Source of the DNA: Trichoplax adhaerens
Taxonomy: Eukaryota > Animalia > Placozoa
Assembly (NCBI RefSeq): GCF_000150275.1
Contig: NW_002060948.1
Location: 2,224,180-2,288,179 of the forward strand
DNA length: 64,000 nt
Direction: 5' to 3'
Of the stretch, positions 1 through 13,993 are shown piece by piece. Each line of letters opens with the position of its first letter. Positions within the stretch are counted from its first letter, which is position 1. Made by a program: the position numbers and the translations under genes. The notes beneath the pieces were generated by a model, which did not search any database, was not told the DNA's origin, and worked only from the letters and a program-made list of their open reading frames with translations.

Positions 1-3000
1 GACCAATTTAGAAGCATTCTTAGATTGATTATTATCATTCTGAGGTTTAAATTTACTTATTGGAGCCGCTTTAGTCTTGATTTGATTATTATTGTTATTA
101 TTTAAGTGATGATTACAATCTTTTCCTTCACTGTCTCGATTTTCGCCGTTAATGGAACATTTCTTTTCAAGTTTTTTTACCGTAGCCCGTAAACGTATTA
201 CCTCCGTATGCATATCGATTAACTCTTGAGTCTGTAAGACATTTTGTTCCTTCGATTTGGCCAATTCAGAATGTAACGACTATATGTGAAGAACAAAATT
301 CAGGGAGAAATATGCATCACAATCAATTTAATTAATTTAACAGTCTAATCGAGAGAATTAAATTTTGTTCACTTTTTTTATAATGCCTTCTGTTGCCTTC
401 AACTGATATACTTACCACCGTCTCTTTCAATAAATGAACATTTTCATTCATGACTTTAATAAATTTCTTTTTCAATACGTCTATTTTCTCTCCATTTTCT
501 AATTTACATTCAACCAAGAAGTAAACATGGTTTCGGTGATACAAGTTATTAGACGAGTAGATTAAATACTTTCTTATTCAGTTTAATCTTAGCCATGCAC
601 ACATAGTTATTTGTAGACTAACCCGAAAATGGAAGTAATAATTTGATAAACTTCTATAAATACTACCATATCGAAAGAGTAAGTAGTACTTACGGTCATC
701 TATGGCGTTAAGACTTAGGTCTCCATCACTACAAATAGAACTATTGTCCTCACTGCCATGTCCAGACTGGTGATCTTTTAGATGGAACAGTGATGGCATT
801 GATAGTCGTTTGAAATTACTTTTAGATAGTCCTTTCTATAAGAATGTCGAGATTAAAAACAGTGATATCATCAAATTAGATTTTAAGTTCTGGATTAAAT
901 AAATTCTTAATAATCAAGAAGATGGATATTAGTTAAAATAAGATTTGAAGTATAGAGTGAAATGTTACCATCAAGATTTGAGGAAGAACTAGGTATCTAC
1001 CTATCTGCGGATCATATAGTATTAAATGGCTATTATTATAGTAATAACTGAATGATTGTGGTAGTAAACGATAAAATTGAATGCTATAAATTGAAGGCGA
1101 TACCAAAAAGAGATTTGGCCACATTATACTTACTAATTTGTGGTTCTACTTTAATCATTTAGGAACTACCGTAATGAACAAATTTGGATAACTGTAATAC
1201 TGAACTATTTGCATCTTTGAGGATCAATTTCCTGTTCATGTATTCCATTTAACAGATTAAATTCGCGGCCACAAGCCGATTTTAAGTAGTCGAATATAAA
1301 AAATTTATTGATTGTTTATCGTGAGTTTGCTTTAGCATAAAATTACCAACTCTCGATGAGACACATTAATGTTATTAATGGATTTGGATGGTGATATGGA
1401 TTGCCTGTTAATAGTATAAAAAGTATATAAGAATGAGTTTAATAATGTCGAAAGTATAATCTAAAAAATTTTAAGTTGGATAATTGTAGTAAGTACAATG
1501 AATGAAATCAAGCAATATTCACTTAGCAATTTCTTCTGGTTTTTCTGGAAATGCATCCACTGTCGCCAAACGAGTAATTTTATTTTGCTTTTTTAAGCGA
1601 GAAGCTGGTGTTTGAAGCTTAAAAAGGGAATAAGAAAGAAATAGAGTATAGATAAATACATTAATTTAGATTCTGTAAAAATTCCTTAATTATTTAAAAA
1701 TAGGGCTGTAATATGAAATTTAAAGATATAGTTTGCTTCATATTGCTCTCATTGATCAAACAAATAGTTACCTTCCTAAATATAGAACTAGACGGGGATC
1801 CAACTTTATTAACTTCAGTAATACTCTTCATTTTATCGCTATAGGCTAGATTAGCCTGAAAGTGTTTAATATACCAATTTATAAATAAGAAACAATTTCA
1901 ATTTATTAAGCCCTACTTTATATTTCAATTTAGCGCAAATAAACATTTAATCTGCCGTAATTACGTGCTTAGAAGTGCAATAAGATACCGTAAATGCATT
2001 TATGATGATATATATGCTTTACCGTTATTCCTAAATGGGTAAAACCATTCTCAAACTTTAAATCTTCAACCAAAGCTTTCAACAAATGTTCTCGTGTTCT
2101 TATCTAGCCGTTAAATAGTGCATGGATTCAGGCACAAATGATTGCAGAAGTCAATTTAATTCCTGAATTTATCGTTGTCGATGAGCTTACTGCCATCGTA
2201 TTGTTGCTTATTTCATGTTTAATATTACCTCCAGTTTTGTAAATACTTCAGCTTTATAAGCTGCATGCTCGGCTGCGATTAATTTTGTTAAAAGAAATTC
2301 ACGAAATTTTGGCCCCTATTAATGCATAATTGTTAGATCTTTTGCAACATCCTGTACCCTAAATACATTGACTGCGCGTACTAAAAGATCTGGTATATGC
2401 TTCACAAATTAAACGAACCTTTTCAAAAACTGCTGGACATGGTAAGTGTGGTTTAAATGCTGGAACATCTTTACGTCCTGCTACCGATACCTTCAAATAA
2501 TAAAATCAAAATGCAAATTAAGTATAGCACATTCCAATTTCTAACTTATAACTTTATTAAATTAATGCAAGTTCTAAAATAAAAATGTTGTTAGAACTTT
2601 AAAAATCAAACAGCTGAAATTGACCTTTCGTCAACAAATATAAATTAGCTATCGTCAAATTGTGTATTACGATACCATATGATCATGTCATTATGCTATA
2701 AATGAATTAAAGTAATGGAAAGAGGAGAAATATTGTGTCAACAGCAAGTAATATCCAGTATTAGAAATTATTAGTAATTTAGCTTCATTACCTTATATTT
2801 TGTTACTTTCTTATCAACTATAACAGGTTGAACAACAACATAGACATGCAAAAAATGAGAGGCGATGGAATTTGGTGAAAATGGTGTATTTTCTTCCTGT
2901 TTTCAAGATAGAAAGATTGAAATTTTAAGTTAGGAAAGCTGTACTTTATGGATTAATAGGATAAATCCAAATCATATTCTTTTACTGAAGGCATATGTAG

Positions 3001-6000
3001 TATAGTGCTAATAGTTGTATAATTTAGGAACCTATTCATTTATCTAATATTCTTACAATATCGCTAGTATATTGGATTAACTTATAATTGAGTATTCATT
3101 TTTAATTATATGTAGCTATGATACCTGTAATTTAAGAAACTAATTTATAAATTTGATCATTAATTTACTTGCAACACAATCGTATAAAATTATTTACTCT
3201 ATGTCTGCAGTTTAAGATATTTACTTATAAGATCCTTACCTGGAAAACAATAGATACTATATCATTTCCGATATGCCTTTTTCGCTGCAGCTAAGTGATA
3301 AAATGTTTAAATTGGGGTTAATTTAAAGATATAGTACTTATAATACGATTAATATTTAGAGAAAGACGCAGTACTTTTATATCAACATTACTTTAGTTTG
3401 ATTGTAGTACTATATCGTAAAAATGGAGCCTTATACTTGTATAAGATTCTATATTGCTCTTTATGTATAAATTAAGTTTAAATTATGGTATGTGGAATAA
3501 TGAAATCAAATACCCTAGAAAGAATTCTTACGGAATATACTACAACTTAGCTAATTCATACAATATTATCCATAATTGTAGGATTACTATTAGATAAATA
3601 AAGTAAAGAGAGTTTAGCCAGTACCTTTTGCCTATCTTGCTTTTCATAAGGGAGTAAAGTCGAAACATGAAACATGATTTCTTTATCTTTAAAACGCGTA
3701 TAGTAGGACTCCATTCCAGTGTTATTGTGGTTTACATCAAGGCCGCCAGCAAAGCTGAAAAATAAGTTAGTATTGCCTATGACTGATAGTATAAAATTTC
3801 AATTTTGATTTGATACCCTTTAGACAGAAAATATGAAGAATGCATGTACCCCTTGAACCCTTCTAGAGTAACACGATCTGCGATAAGGTTCAAAAATTCT
3901 GTTAAGGCCGGAGACTGTTGTTCGTTGCCAAAATATTCTTCTTCTTTAGTCTATAAATTTTAAAGCAATTGTTGGGATTTAAAATCCTTTACTGATATGA
4001 GAAATTTCATCTAGATTTATTGATAGTTGTTAGTCTAATTGAAAGAAGATATGTAATGTTATTTGGGCATCTGAGTACTTTAAGTGTTATAGAAATATCC
4101 ATTTATATGGAAGTTACAATAATAGTTACAAATATACTTAGATTTCCATTAAGAAACATCTGAAGTATTACAGAATATACCTGGCCAAAACGTTGCGTAA
4201 AGATTCCAAATTTATAATTATGAATCAAATTGTGCTCCTCATACTTTGTTATTAGATCAGACGACTGTAAGGAAAAGGTAAATTTGTTGATTAAACAAAA
4301 TTATTAACAAATGGCCACAATCGATATTTTTAAAAATTGTATAAGTGCAAAGAATAGAATCGTCAAGATATTCTAATGTTCAATCCACATCAATAAATAC
4401 TGAATTTATAACGAAAATCTTGGTTACCCATGGCGAGATGATAACGTCAAAATCAGTATTCGAAATTTCCTCGCATATCATCTATATTATAAATAAAGTT
4501 TACAATAAAGTTACCAAAGTAAGCTCCACTCCGCACATATTAAAGTTTTGATATTATAAATTTTAGATCTCAAATCATATATTAAACATTACTTAATGTA
4601 TGTTATATGCAGCACTGGATGTTATTTTGAATAGTATCGACACTTAATCAAAGGCTATCCTATTCACGCTTTTCAGTCTAGAAATAGCGTTTCGATGCTA
4701 AACTTGATGTTGGAAGGTATTAAATAGTACTATGGTGCATAGTGAGTATTTAAAATTCGATTTCGTAATGAATTGCCTTACCTTAGCTACTTCAGAAGGG
4801 GAAGGATAAGATACAAACATATTACACGGCAGTAATTGATGAATAAATAAATTTTTCGATCTATATTTGAAAATTAGAAGACATTAATTTTATTAGCAGA
4901 AATAGAAATACAAGATTAATGTGGATTAGAAGACTATATTAATTAGTATTATAAACTGAAACCAGTAATAAGGAATTTAAAATAGCTACTAGTGACTTAA
5001 TACTATGGGCCTACCGTCAGGTTTGCCCTTCTGACTCCTACCTATAGTACGACGCTAAAATACTCTATCGTCAGGAGATTTACAGTAAGCAACTAGTTTC
5101 TCTTAGATAAAATTGAACCCAAACTATTTTGAAAAATCCGACAATTTACAGTACTGTTACAATAGCCTCAGTTATCGATAGATAGATGATATTATAAAAT
5201 TATATATATAACGTTATGGATAGCGATATTATTAATAAATACTAAAAATATGCCACCTTACAAAAATATGATAAGTATCTACCCGCGAAAATCACTTCCT
5301 GACAGTTGGATTACTACAAACCGTAATAGCGCGCGAATACATTCACAGTCTTCAATAGTGTCCATCTTTAGAGATAGTAATACGAATCCTAAATTTTTGT
5401 CGTCTGTATAATAGTTATGATGTTCCTAGAAATTTTAATATTTATGATTTGAAACAATTTAATATGGTCTAAGTAGAGAAGATATAGATTAAAAATATGG
5501 AATCTATAATAATTAAAATTTATGAGAAATCAAATTATATTATTTGAGATATATACCGTATAAATGTTGCATGTAGAGATAGATAAGTGATGCACATAAA
5601 TCATATGAATATATATCTACTTAATATTTATATAACTCTATTAATATGCTATATCTGCAATGTAGTCGCTAAATCTTCTATTGTAGAACCTTTACATTCA
5701 ATAAACTAATATTGACGTATTCAAAAATAAAGTTACCTTTCCTTTGTAATGCTTGCGATAGGTTAAGGCTTCTTCGTCACGTTCATGTTTCAAGTATTCT
5801 TCGGAAAGCTGTAAATTATGCTCGTCAATATCGTAACCATTGATACCAGAATCGATCCAGTAAGTTGATTCTGTAGTTGGATATATCATAGGATAAGGTG
5901 GACCGCCTTGTAGCACCTGAAATAAAGTTATGAATAGTATGAAAAACAACATCAATTAATAATAAATTGAGCAAATAAATGACTATTAGAAATTCTGTTA

Positions 6001-9000
6001 TTAATAGATATATTTTATTATTCTTCTATTATTCGTAATCTTACTTCATCTATAGATGATCTTTTCTCCAGCTAAGAACACAGTCAACCAAATAGAAATA
6101 TGAAAAAAGTAAGAAAAATAATTACTTTGAGCAATAAAATGAATAGAAAACAATCGAAGAATTTTAAATTTATAAGCCACCCTTTCGCTAAATTTGTATC
6201 ATTAAGAGTGTATTTGACTTAACTTGATGTCTTAAAACTAAAACTGTAACTCGGTAATGCTCTGAAACTTTATACTATCAATTACAGAGACAAGAATAGC
6301 TATGCATGATAAAATGAAACGTATAAGATAGGACGACTTTGTTTTTAATTCAATGAACTTTATAGAGGCTTTTATGGGATAAATTTTCGAAAAGAATTAT
6401 CTACTAAGGAATTTGGAAAATTATGTACTACGAATGCATTACTTAAGAATGATTATAGTATAATTAAGCAATAAAACTATAGTTATAACTGGTACATCCA
6501 TGCATTTAAATATTAAAATTTTCGGTGTAAATTTTTCGAAATGAAGTTATATAAAGAATTAAAAAAATAAAATGTACTACAAATCTATCGTTTACGAACC
6601 ACTGTAACATATTTAGTCAATAAAGGTATATATATAACCTAAAATATTCGTTTATTTAAATGATGATTTTTTTCTGAGCTTCTTTACTAATGGTAATACA
6701 TAAGAGTTAAGATACTGTATATAGGTAGCAATAAGTAGGCAAGCATCAGGATATTGTAACATGTACTAATTTTTCCTACGCAGCACTGTTACCTTTCGTG
6801 TCGTCGTCTTAGCAAATTGACGATGGCTGTGATCGCTCATTTCATTGTTCTAGATAGAAATTAAGAGTCTCATATTTTAGAAGAAAGATATAAATAGGGA
6901 AAATTTAAAAGCAGAAATGATCAGAGACAATAATGGATGAAGAAATTAGAACTAAATGCATTTATAAATATACGTCTTAATAGATGTGGAAATTTAATCA
7001 TGAAATAAAGACCTGCAAACGCTGAATTTGGCTAAAATTACATTATCCATCTATATTTATAGTCCGTTTGGGCATATTTATTAAGTTACTTCGATATTAT
7101 TTCCTCACATAATAGGATATTTAATATGTATTCGATTGTAATCAATATGATTTAATATAGGTTTCATTTTAGTGATTTGCCGTAACCAAAAATTAAATGC
7201 AAGGTAGCGAGAGGAAATAAGTTAAAAGACAATTGGAGAAATCCAAATTAGTAATTATGGTATATCACTGCAATTATCTAACACAGAGTTAGAAATATCT
7301 TAAAACAGCGTAAAAGAGGATTCTGTTAAGACAGAATCCTTACAATGATAATATACAAGTATGCTATAGGAGGCTCAAGAAGAAATGATACTAATAAAAC
7401 CTATAGCACTTCCCAATGCTCTCATTGTAATGAATGATTTCCTGGTATTACGGAAATAATAATTCTGAGTAGCTAAAAATGAAGTGATGGACGTTGTCTA
7501 ATTATGACTATTAAATTTAATAATATTAGCAAAAGACAAAAGAGTTACTAGCTATAGGAAGGATAATAGGAGAAGAAAGCGATAGATATATAGCTGTGAA
7601 AAGATTTCAGTATGAATGGAAATGCATCATGATCGAGCAAAGGGAGATTGCCTTAAAGTAATCTTAAAGTTGAACTTCTAACCTAATCTAGCTGAATTTG
7701 TTTATTAGAGTTATTATAGCGTTACCATTTTACTCCTTCAAGTAAGCGAATGTTGATATAATGGGATTATGGATATAAATTTACCCAAACAAAGAGTTAT
7801 TAGAGTGGTTATAGTAGTCATATCGATAGGAAGATATTTTACGAGCATCCAGTAACACCAAAATGGATGCAAGCATGAAGTAAAGAATACGTCCAAATTC
7901 TTCATTAAAATACTAATTACTAAGAAATATACGTAGAATATATATTTTATGATCAAATATACTATCAGAAATTGAAATTAGAGTTTCAATTTTAAGATAA
8001 AATTGAAGGATTAAGTTAACTTTTAATGGAAACGATCTTGCAATACATGAAAAAGGCAGCTAAAATTCCGAAATAGTAATATGATTACCTGAAGTTGTTT
8101 GACGATATCGATAAACTCGTTGCTAGTACTCTAAAAGTTTAAAAAAATGTCATGAAAATAAATATCCACGTCGATATATCAAATCATAGAATATAATAAA
8201 CAGGGTGAAGAAACAAACAGAAAAAGCAACCATTAAAATAGCTATAATCTGAGGCAGATACCATGAATAAAATTAATAGCTATTACGATAAGTGTTTCAA
8301 GCATAACGTCAATAATTTAATGTCACTCCCTAAGGAATAGATCCGTGAAATACGAATTGAAATTGTAAAGGAAGATAGTAGGGAACCTGATGGTGATTGA
8401 GCCAACGACGGATGTAGCCATAAGTACGCGATAAGTTATATAAATTTGCAGGCATGTTATCGATTATCAAGACAAGAGTTTTTTATTTGAACTTATTTAG
8501 TGAGCCAGAAGTTGACAGTCAAGGTGACAATAATTTATACATCAATAACTTCAAAAATGAATGTATTACCTAATACCTTCTTCTTTTTATATGCAATTAT
8601 GGTAGAATGGCGCAATGCTGGTATTTACCGTCGTTAAATATTCTATGCTATTATTCTATCACTATGGTATCGACAAATAGGTTTTACTTTCAACAATTTG
8701 GAACAACTGCACCTTTATAAATTGCTTTGGGCTAACAGTCAATCATGATCTAATTCCATTACTTACTTGGGAACGTCCAATAACGGGCATGCTTAAAAGC
8801 TTCTTTGATCGTTCAATCTGTTATAGAATAAGAATTCGACATTGAGAGTTAATAAAATTGATTTAATCGGTTAGATAATAAGAGTTCTTCACTTGGCAAT
8901 TTCATCGTTTATCAGTGATAATTGTCATCAATATTAGCTTGCACGATGAAATTCTTTGAGTATAAAATAATGATCGAACTAAATTAGAAATTAAATTAAA

Positions 9001-11792
9001 AGAAACTAGGAAGAAAAATAGGAAATTTAATTATCTTTTCAAGGTTGTCTTGATTTTCATATAAACAAAGTACTGTAGTAAAAAACAATCTACTACCATT
9101 TACTAGAAAGAGATAAATTGAAATGGGAATAAACTGTGCTGCATCATAATAAAGTTGACTAATAATGTAATCTAGTCCGATTTGAATGTTTAATATATTG
9201 TAAGGCTAATAATAGATTGACTCTGTCATATTGGAATGATTTCCTAAAATAAAAATAAAATGGAAATCAAGAAGATACTCTAATTAAGAAACTATATCTT
9301 CCAATATCAATGCACTCTTAACTTTATATTTTTGTTTCAGAGTACAACCGAATATAATTTAAATGTAACAATGTTTTACAATATTAAAAGATGATCCATT
9401 CTTTTATTTAGAATGACTTTTCTTAATTATATAAGATGGAAATTAAGAAAAGACACTGAGATATTATATATCCTATATCATCGAATTAAGTAACCGAGAT
9501 AGTACTGTAGGATTAAAAAAGTAAAACGATTTGGCACAAATGGCTATTAAGGGAATAGATCACTAGTAACCCAATAATATGAACAAGGTGACCGCAATAC
9601 AGGACTTTCCCCTTCTTTTAAGTTATAAGTAGGTTTTGGCTTTTCCTATTAACTCTTTAAGTTTTAAAATAATGCACTAGTTCACTCATAGTAGAGTCGA
9701 TCTTAGAAACATGATCAATAATTGACAATAACGTTTTGTCAAGCAATTTTTCCATGTGGTATATCTTTAGCATAGTTATGACGATAGTTTAAAGAGTATT
9801 TTTAGGACAATAGCGTTCTGGAGTTGTACTTATTGTAATTCTTGAAAAAATATTCTACTTAACAATTGCCTATTCTACTTGGCTACTATAGACGTAATGA
9901 GATTGAAAATGAATCATTTATAATGGTCTTGAAGCTTGACAAAAACAAGTCATTGTCCTTTCGGAATTATTAATGATATCCGGATGTTGGAATTGCATTT
10001 CATCTTGCTTGGATATTCATACACTAATACTACTGATTCTACGTATTCATTCTTGGTTTTATCATCACTCTTTTCAAGATTAATTATTGCATGTTAAAAG
10101 TCAATATCAACGTTAACCTATTTATTATCTTATCCGAGAATGATTCTAGCTATTGCTTAGAGAGAATCTTTTGCCATAAAACAGCATATCAAGTTTTCCA
10201 TAAGCATGTAAGATTGTTGGATAAGGGTGGTTAATCTGTTAAATTGATGTAACCATGATAAAACTATACTCTACGCGTATAGAATTGTACTATGTCTAAG
10301 TTAATTGGTTACTAATATATCCAACTGAATTTGACACTATAGATTATCTTTAATACGCTGCTCTATATTCTAGATATTATAGGTAGACCGATAAATTATT
10401 TATATTTTGGAAGATGTTTTTTTAATACCACAGTTTGTACGAAATTATTCTAAATCGTCATATTCTATTTTTGCTGATAATAATCATTGTTAGGTATGGT
10501 ATTCGTATTAAGGATGGAAAATGATATTGCACATAGATTATTAAAATAGAAAGATTACATCGTACAAAATACCCCCAAAATAGAACGGATTAAAGCTGAT
10601 TACAGATTAAATTTTGTACTATATTGGATACAGTACTATATACCAAGTGCATGTTATGTCGGTCAATTGCTTCTGATGATATGCTACTAGTAATAAATTC
10701 CAAATAATCCTACTACTAGATATACAGAGGGTTAAAAATTCTATTTCTTGCTTTCTCATTCGCTTGCTATGGTGTGTATTAAAATCGAATCTACTTTTTC
10801 AATTCATTACTCTACCTTTAAAGTACTGCCTACGCCATCTTTTTGACTTCATCCTTGCTACAATACGATTTTTATAGTCATTTTATGTGTCGTTAAGATA
10901 GTAGTATTAGCATATTCTAAAATAAATATAATAATTATTTATAAATTGTAATCCAAATTGCGTACTATAAGCCATTATTAACAAGAAGTTCAATATTCAT
11001 TTGCTGTTTGTATAAGAACTTGATCGTATGTAGATTAGTTTACTATTCCAATATTTTGTCAATATCAGTTATACTGTCAATCTGTTATTATAAATCGCTA
11101 AGATCGTTCTATTTCTTGGTACTTAGGGGCTAGGCTTTTACATTATAAAATACCTATTCTTTCCTATTATGTGTCCAATGCAATTCGGTAAACTAAAAAC
11201 GAGGGTATACTGTATAAATCATTATTGATATGCTTGATCCAGTTAATTTTTCAACCATTATCTATTCAACACCTGCTAAGCAGGTGACTTTAAAATAATT
11301 AATCTATTTCATATGAAAGATGGCCGACAGTAGAAGTTAGTTGACGACTTTGCAGTAGATGATTGACTATAGCAATAACCCGAATCGTAGAATTAATGAG
11401 AGCACGCGATATTTGCCCTATTCGAAGAAGTGCTGATAAGTTTATTGGGTAATTCCTATACTATTTGAAATTGGATTTTCAGTATCCAATTCAAGAATAT
11501 GACTAAATTAGCAACTTTAGAATATTAATAGCTTTACGATTAGCCGTAGATGTATTTCGATTGTAAAGAAGTCGAAATAAAAAATTGGCAATGTTATTTA
11601 CGATGAAATATTGATAGATTTTGTGTTTTAGCCTTTTAGCTTTAATCATTGTGAAATCAAAAAATTCGTTATATTCGAATAGACTTTTTCAATCTAGTCT
11701 ATAAAGGAGTAAGCAATCGAAAATATCGTTGCGCGGTAATGGCTATGTCGTGATAAGTTACTTACTTTTACACTGTTGTTTCGAAGAGACAT
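1..11792 (-). CDS. RAP1GAP: Rap1 GTPase-activating protein (Rap1GAP/Rap1GAP2 family), multi-exon, 3' end outside window
   Basis: Spliced exons give the RapGAP domain: 5737-5916 [28 protein letters not shown]; 5322-5425 EHHNYY..LLR; ~4181-4264 ..[13 protein letters not shown]; ~3851-3950 [10 protein letters not shown]..; ~3625-3754 [20 protein letters not shown]; ~3240-3290 [17 protein letters not shown] (catalytic Asn motif); ~2791-2896 [17 protein letters not shown]; ~2229-2315 [23 protein letters not shown]. Putative phase-0 N-terminal exons (less certain): 11766-11792 MSLRNNSVK, 8767-8817, 8089-8130, ~6793-6849, ~6045-6071. Exon 1-279 is still open at the window edge. Confidence 0.93.
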
Positions 11793-13463
11793 CTTTATGA
11801 TAACACAATTTTCCTGATCTTTCTTCTTTTAACGTCGATAAGGATAAACAGGCTAACACAATTACTGGTATAGCAGCTTGACCGGCTTTGTAATACTTGG
11901 TTAGATGAATAATGATTAGAAGAAAAGGCTCTTGTTCTTTTTAAAGTTGATCACCTTACAATTGGTAATATTACCACCAAGTTATTGGAGTTTGTGCTGT
12001 GCTACCTGCGTACCAAGAAAGGAAATGAATTTAGAGAAATTATCAACTAAAACTTGTAGATTGGAGCTTCATCAAGCGTTCTTATCTAATACAGAGATGA
12101 CTAAATTAAAAGATATTTATCCGTCGGGGTTAGGAAAAAAAATAACAAAATTGTTGGAATTTAGAACAACATCTGGCACATGCTCAACGTATCCATTTCT
12201 AATAAGAATAAATGAGTTGGAAAATATCCAAGATAAAATCTTAATAAATTGAAATCGTTGTTGTAATAGCCTGTATAAATTTAAATACTATCAAAGGCCA
12301 ATCTCATATGCTGTTTATGATTAATATAATCAATATTAGGAATAATGATTGTAAAATATGTTCAATAATAAAAGGTATATGATTTTTCTTTCATTGATAT
12401 ACTATAAGTGGTGTTTCTCAATTTCCTTATTTATTTTATTCTTTCTTAAATAGATGATATTATAACTATGTACGATACGTTAATATTTATCGCTATTTGC
12501 ATTTAGACGATCGTAAAGTAAATAACTATTAAGAATGGAAAGGCTAAAATATGGAGATATTAGTACTATACTGTTGATTGATCCATAGAAATACAATCAT
12601 TTCTTGCGTATAAATAAATTTTGTATTTATTCAGTTTAATTTAGCACTTTAAATTTCCAAGTCGGTATATGGTAAATAGGGTACGAGAGTGTGAATAATG
12701 ACTCGATTCTCAATACATAAAGGATAGACTATGTCATCATTAACTTTTTCATTGCTTACGCTAGTAACTATATTTTGTAAACTATTACGCTAGGAAGCAG
12801 GTAGATTGCTCTTGGATATCTTTTGATCTTAATTGCCTTATAAAATCGGAGACGATGTTTAATTCGAGTTTTTTTTATGAACGTTTCCAATGTCCCAATA
12901 CAAAATTTAAATTGACATCAGTTTTAAATTGATTATTGGACTACAATAACTATAGACTGTCTATATATTAGCAATGCAATGATAGAAAATCTTATAGTAG
13001 AGGAGCTACTAGTATTGGTCAACTTTAATCACATTTAGCCAATTCTGCCAGTTAATTAATTTTTCGTACTGGAATGGCACTATAAAGCACGCCAGAAGCT
13101 ATTTAGCGCTTTGTCTTATCAAAAATTTTCGATTTTAGCAATTATGTAAACTACTGCTAACACCAATACCTCTCATAGCATTAATTTAGCAGATATTTAT
13201 CGCTATCGTGACGCTAAAGCATAACACCAATGTCATATGCGTCTGTTACTTGTTAACTATAAGACAGAAAGAATATAAATTTTTAATATAAGTGAATACT
13301 TCAACCCATGCTATATTCAGATATGGATATATTTCCATTTCTATGTATTATCTAGAAGTTATGGTCGATTTGGGATACTAGATGAATCTAAAATTTAGTT
13401 TTTATCTTTCTGTTGATCAAGCGAGTAAAAATATCTTTCATGCTGCGTCATTAAGATCAGAAT

Positions 13464-13993
13464 AGCAAGTTTGTTATAGTATACAATTGGAGACCAACGC
13501 TAGCTATTTTAAAAATAATATGATGACTCCTAACCTACTACTAGCTTAGTATTGAAATAAATAACGATAGCGTAGTAAGCACTGCTTCTATGGATAAAGC
13601 AAGTCTGTTATAGTATGGAACTGGAAACCAACGATAGCTATTTTAAAAAATAAAGGGATGACTCTCAAGTAATTAATACCTTAGTATTAAAATAAATAAC
13701 GTTACTATAGTAAGTATTTTCTATGGATGAAGTAAGTCTGCTATATTAACAATTGGAGACCAATGCTAGCTATTTTAAAGAATAAAGCGATGACTTCCAA
13801 GCAATTATTACCTTAATATTGAAACAAATAATTAGCATAATAAGTTCGTACTGCTTCTATGGATAAAACAAGTTGGTTATAGTATACAATTGGAGACTAG
13901 CGATAGCTATCTTAAAAAATAAAGCAAGGATTCCCAAGCATTTAAAAGCTAGTACTGAAATAACTATAGCATAGTGATACTGCTTTTTGATAA
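13464..13993. repeat. Diverged tandem repeat, 4 copies of ~134 bp
   Basis: Units start at about 13464, 13598, 13731 and 13867 and share blocks AAGT(C/T)TGTTATAGTAT..AATTGGAGACCAA..TAGCTATTTTAAAAA..GATGACT..TAGTATTGAAATAA..CTATGGAT. Confidence 0.92.

Noticed and set aside
11932-12252. 106-aa plus-strand ORF, and the minus-strand CCTAACCC inside it as a telomerase template
   Set aside because: No recognisable domain and antisense to the probable Rap1GAP leader. No pseudoknot, CR4/5 or H/ACA elements around the 8-mer.
13464-13993. CRISPR-like array or snoRNA cluster
   Set aside because: Eukaryotic context, whole units are homologous with no unique spacers, no cas genes, and C/D boxes are not consistent across units.
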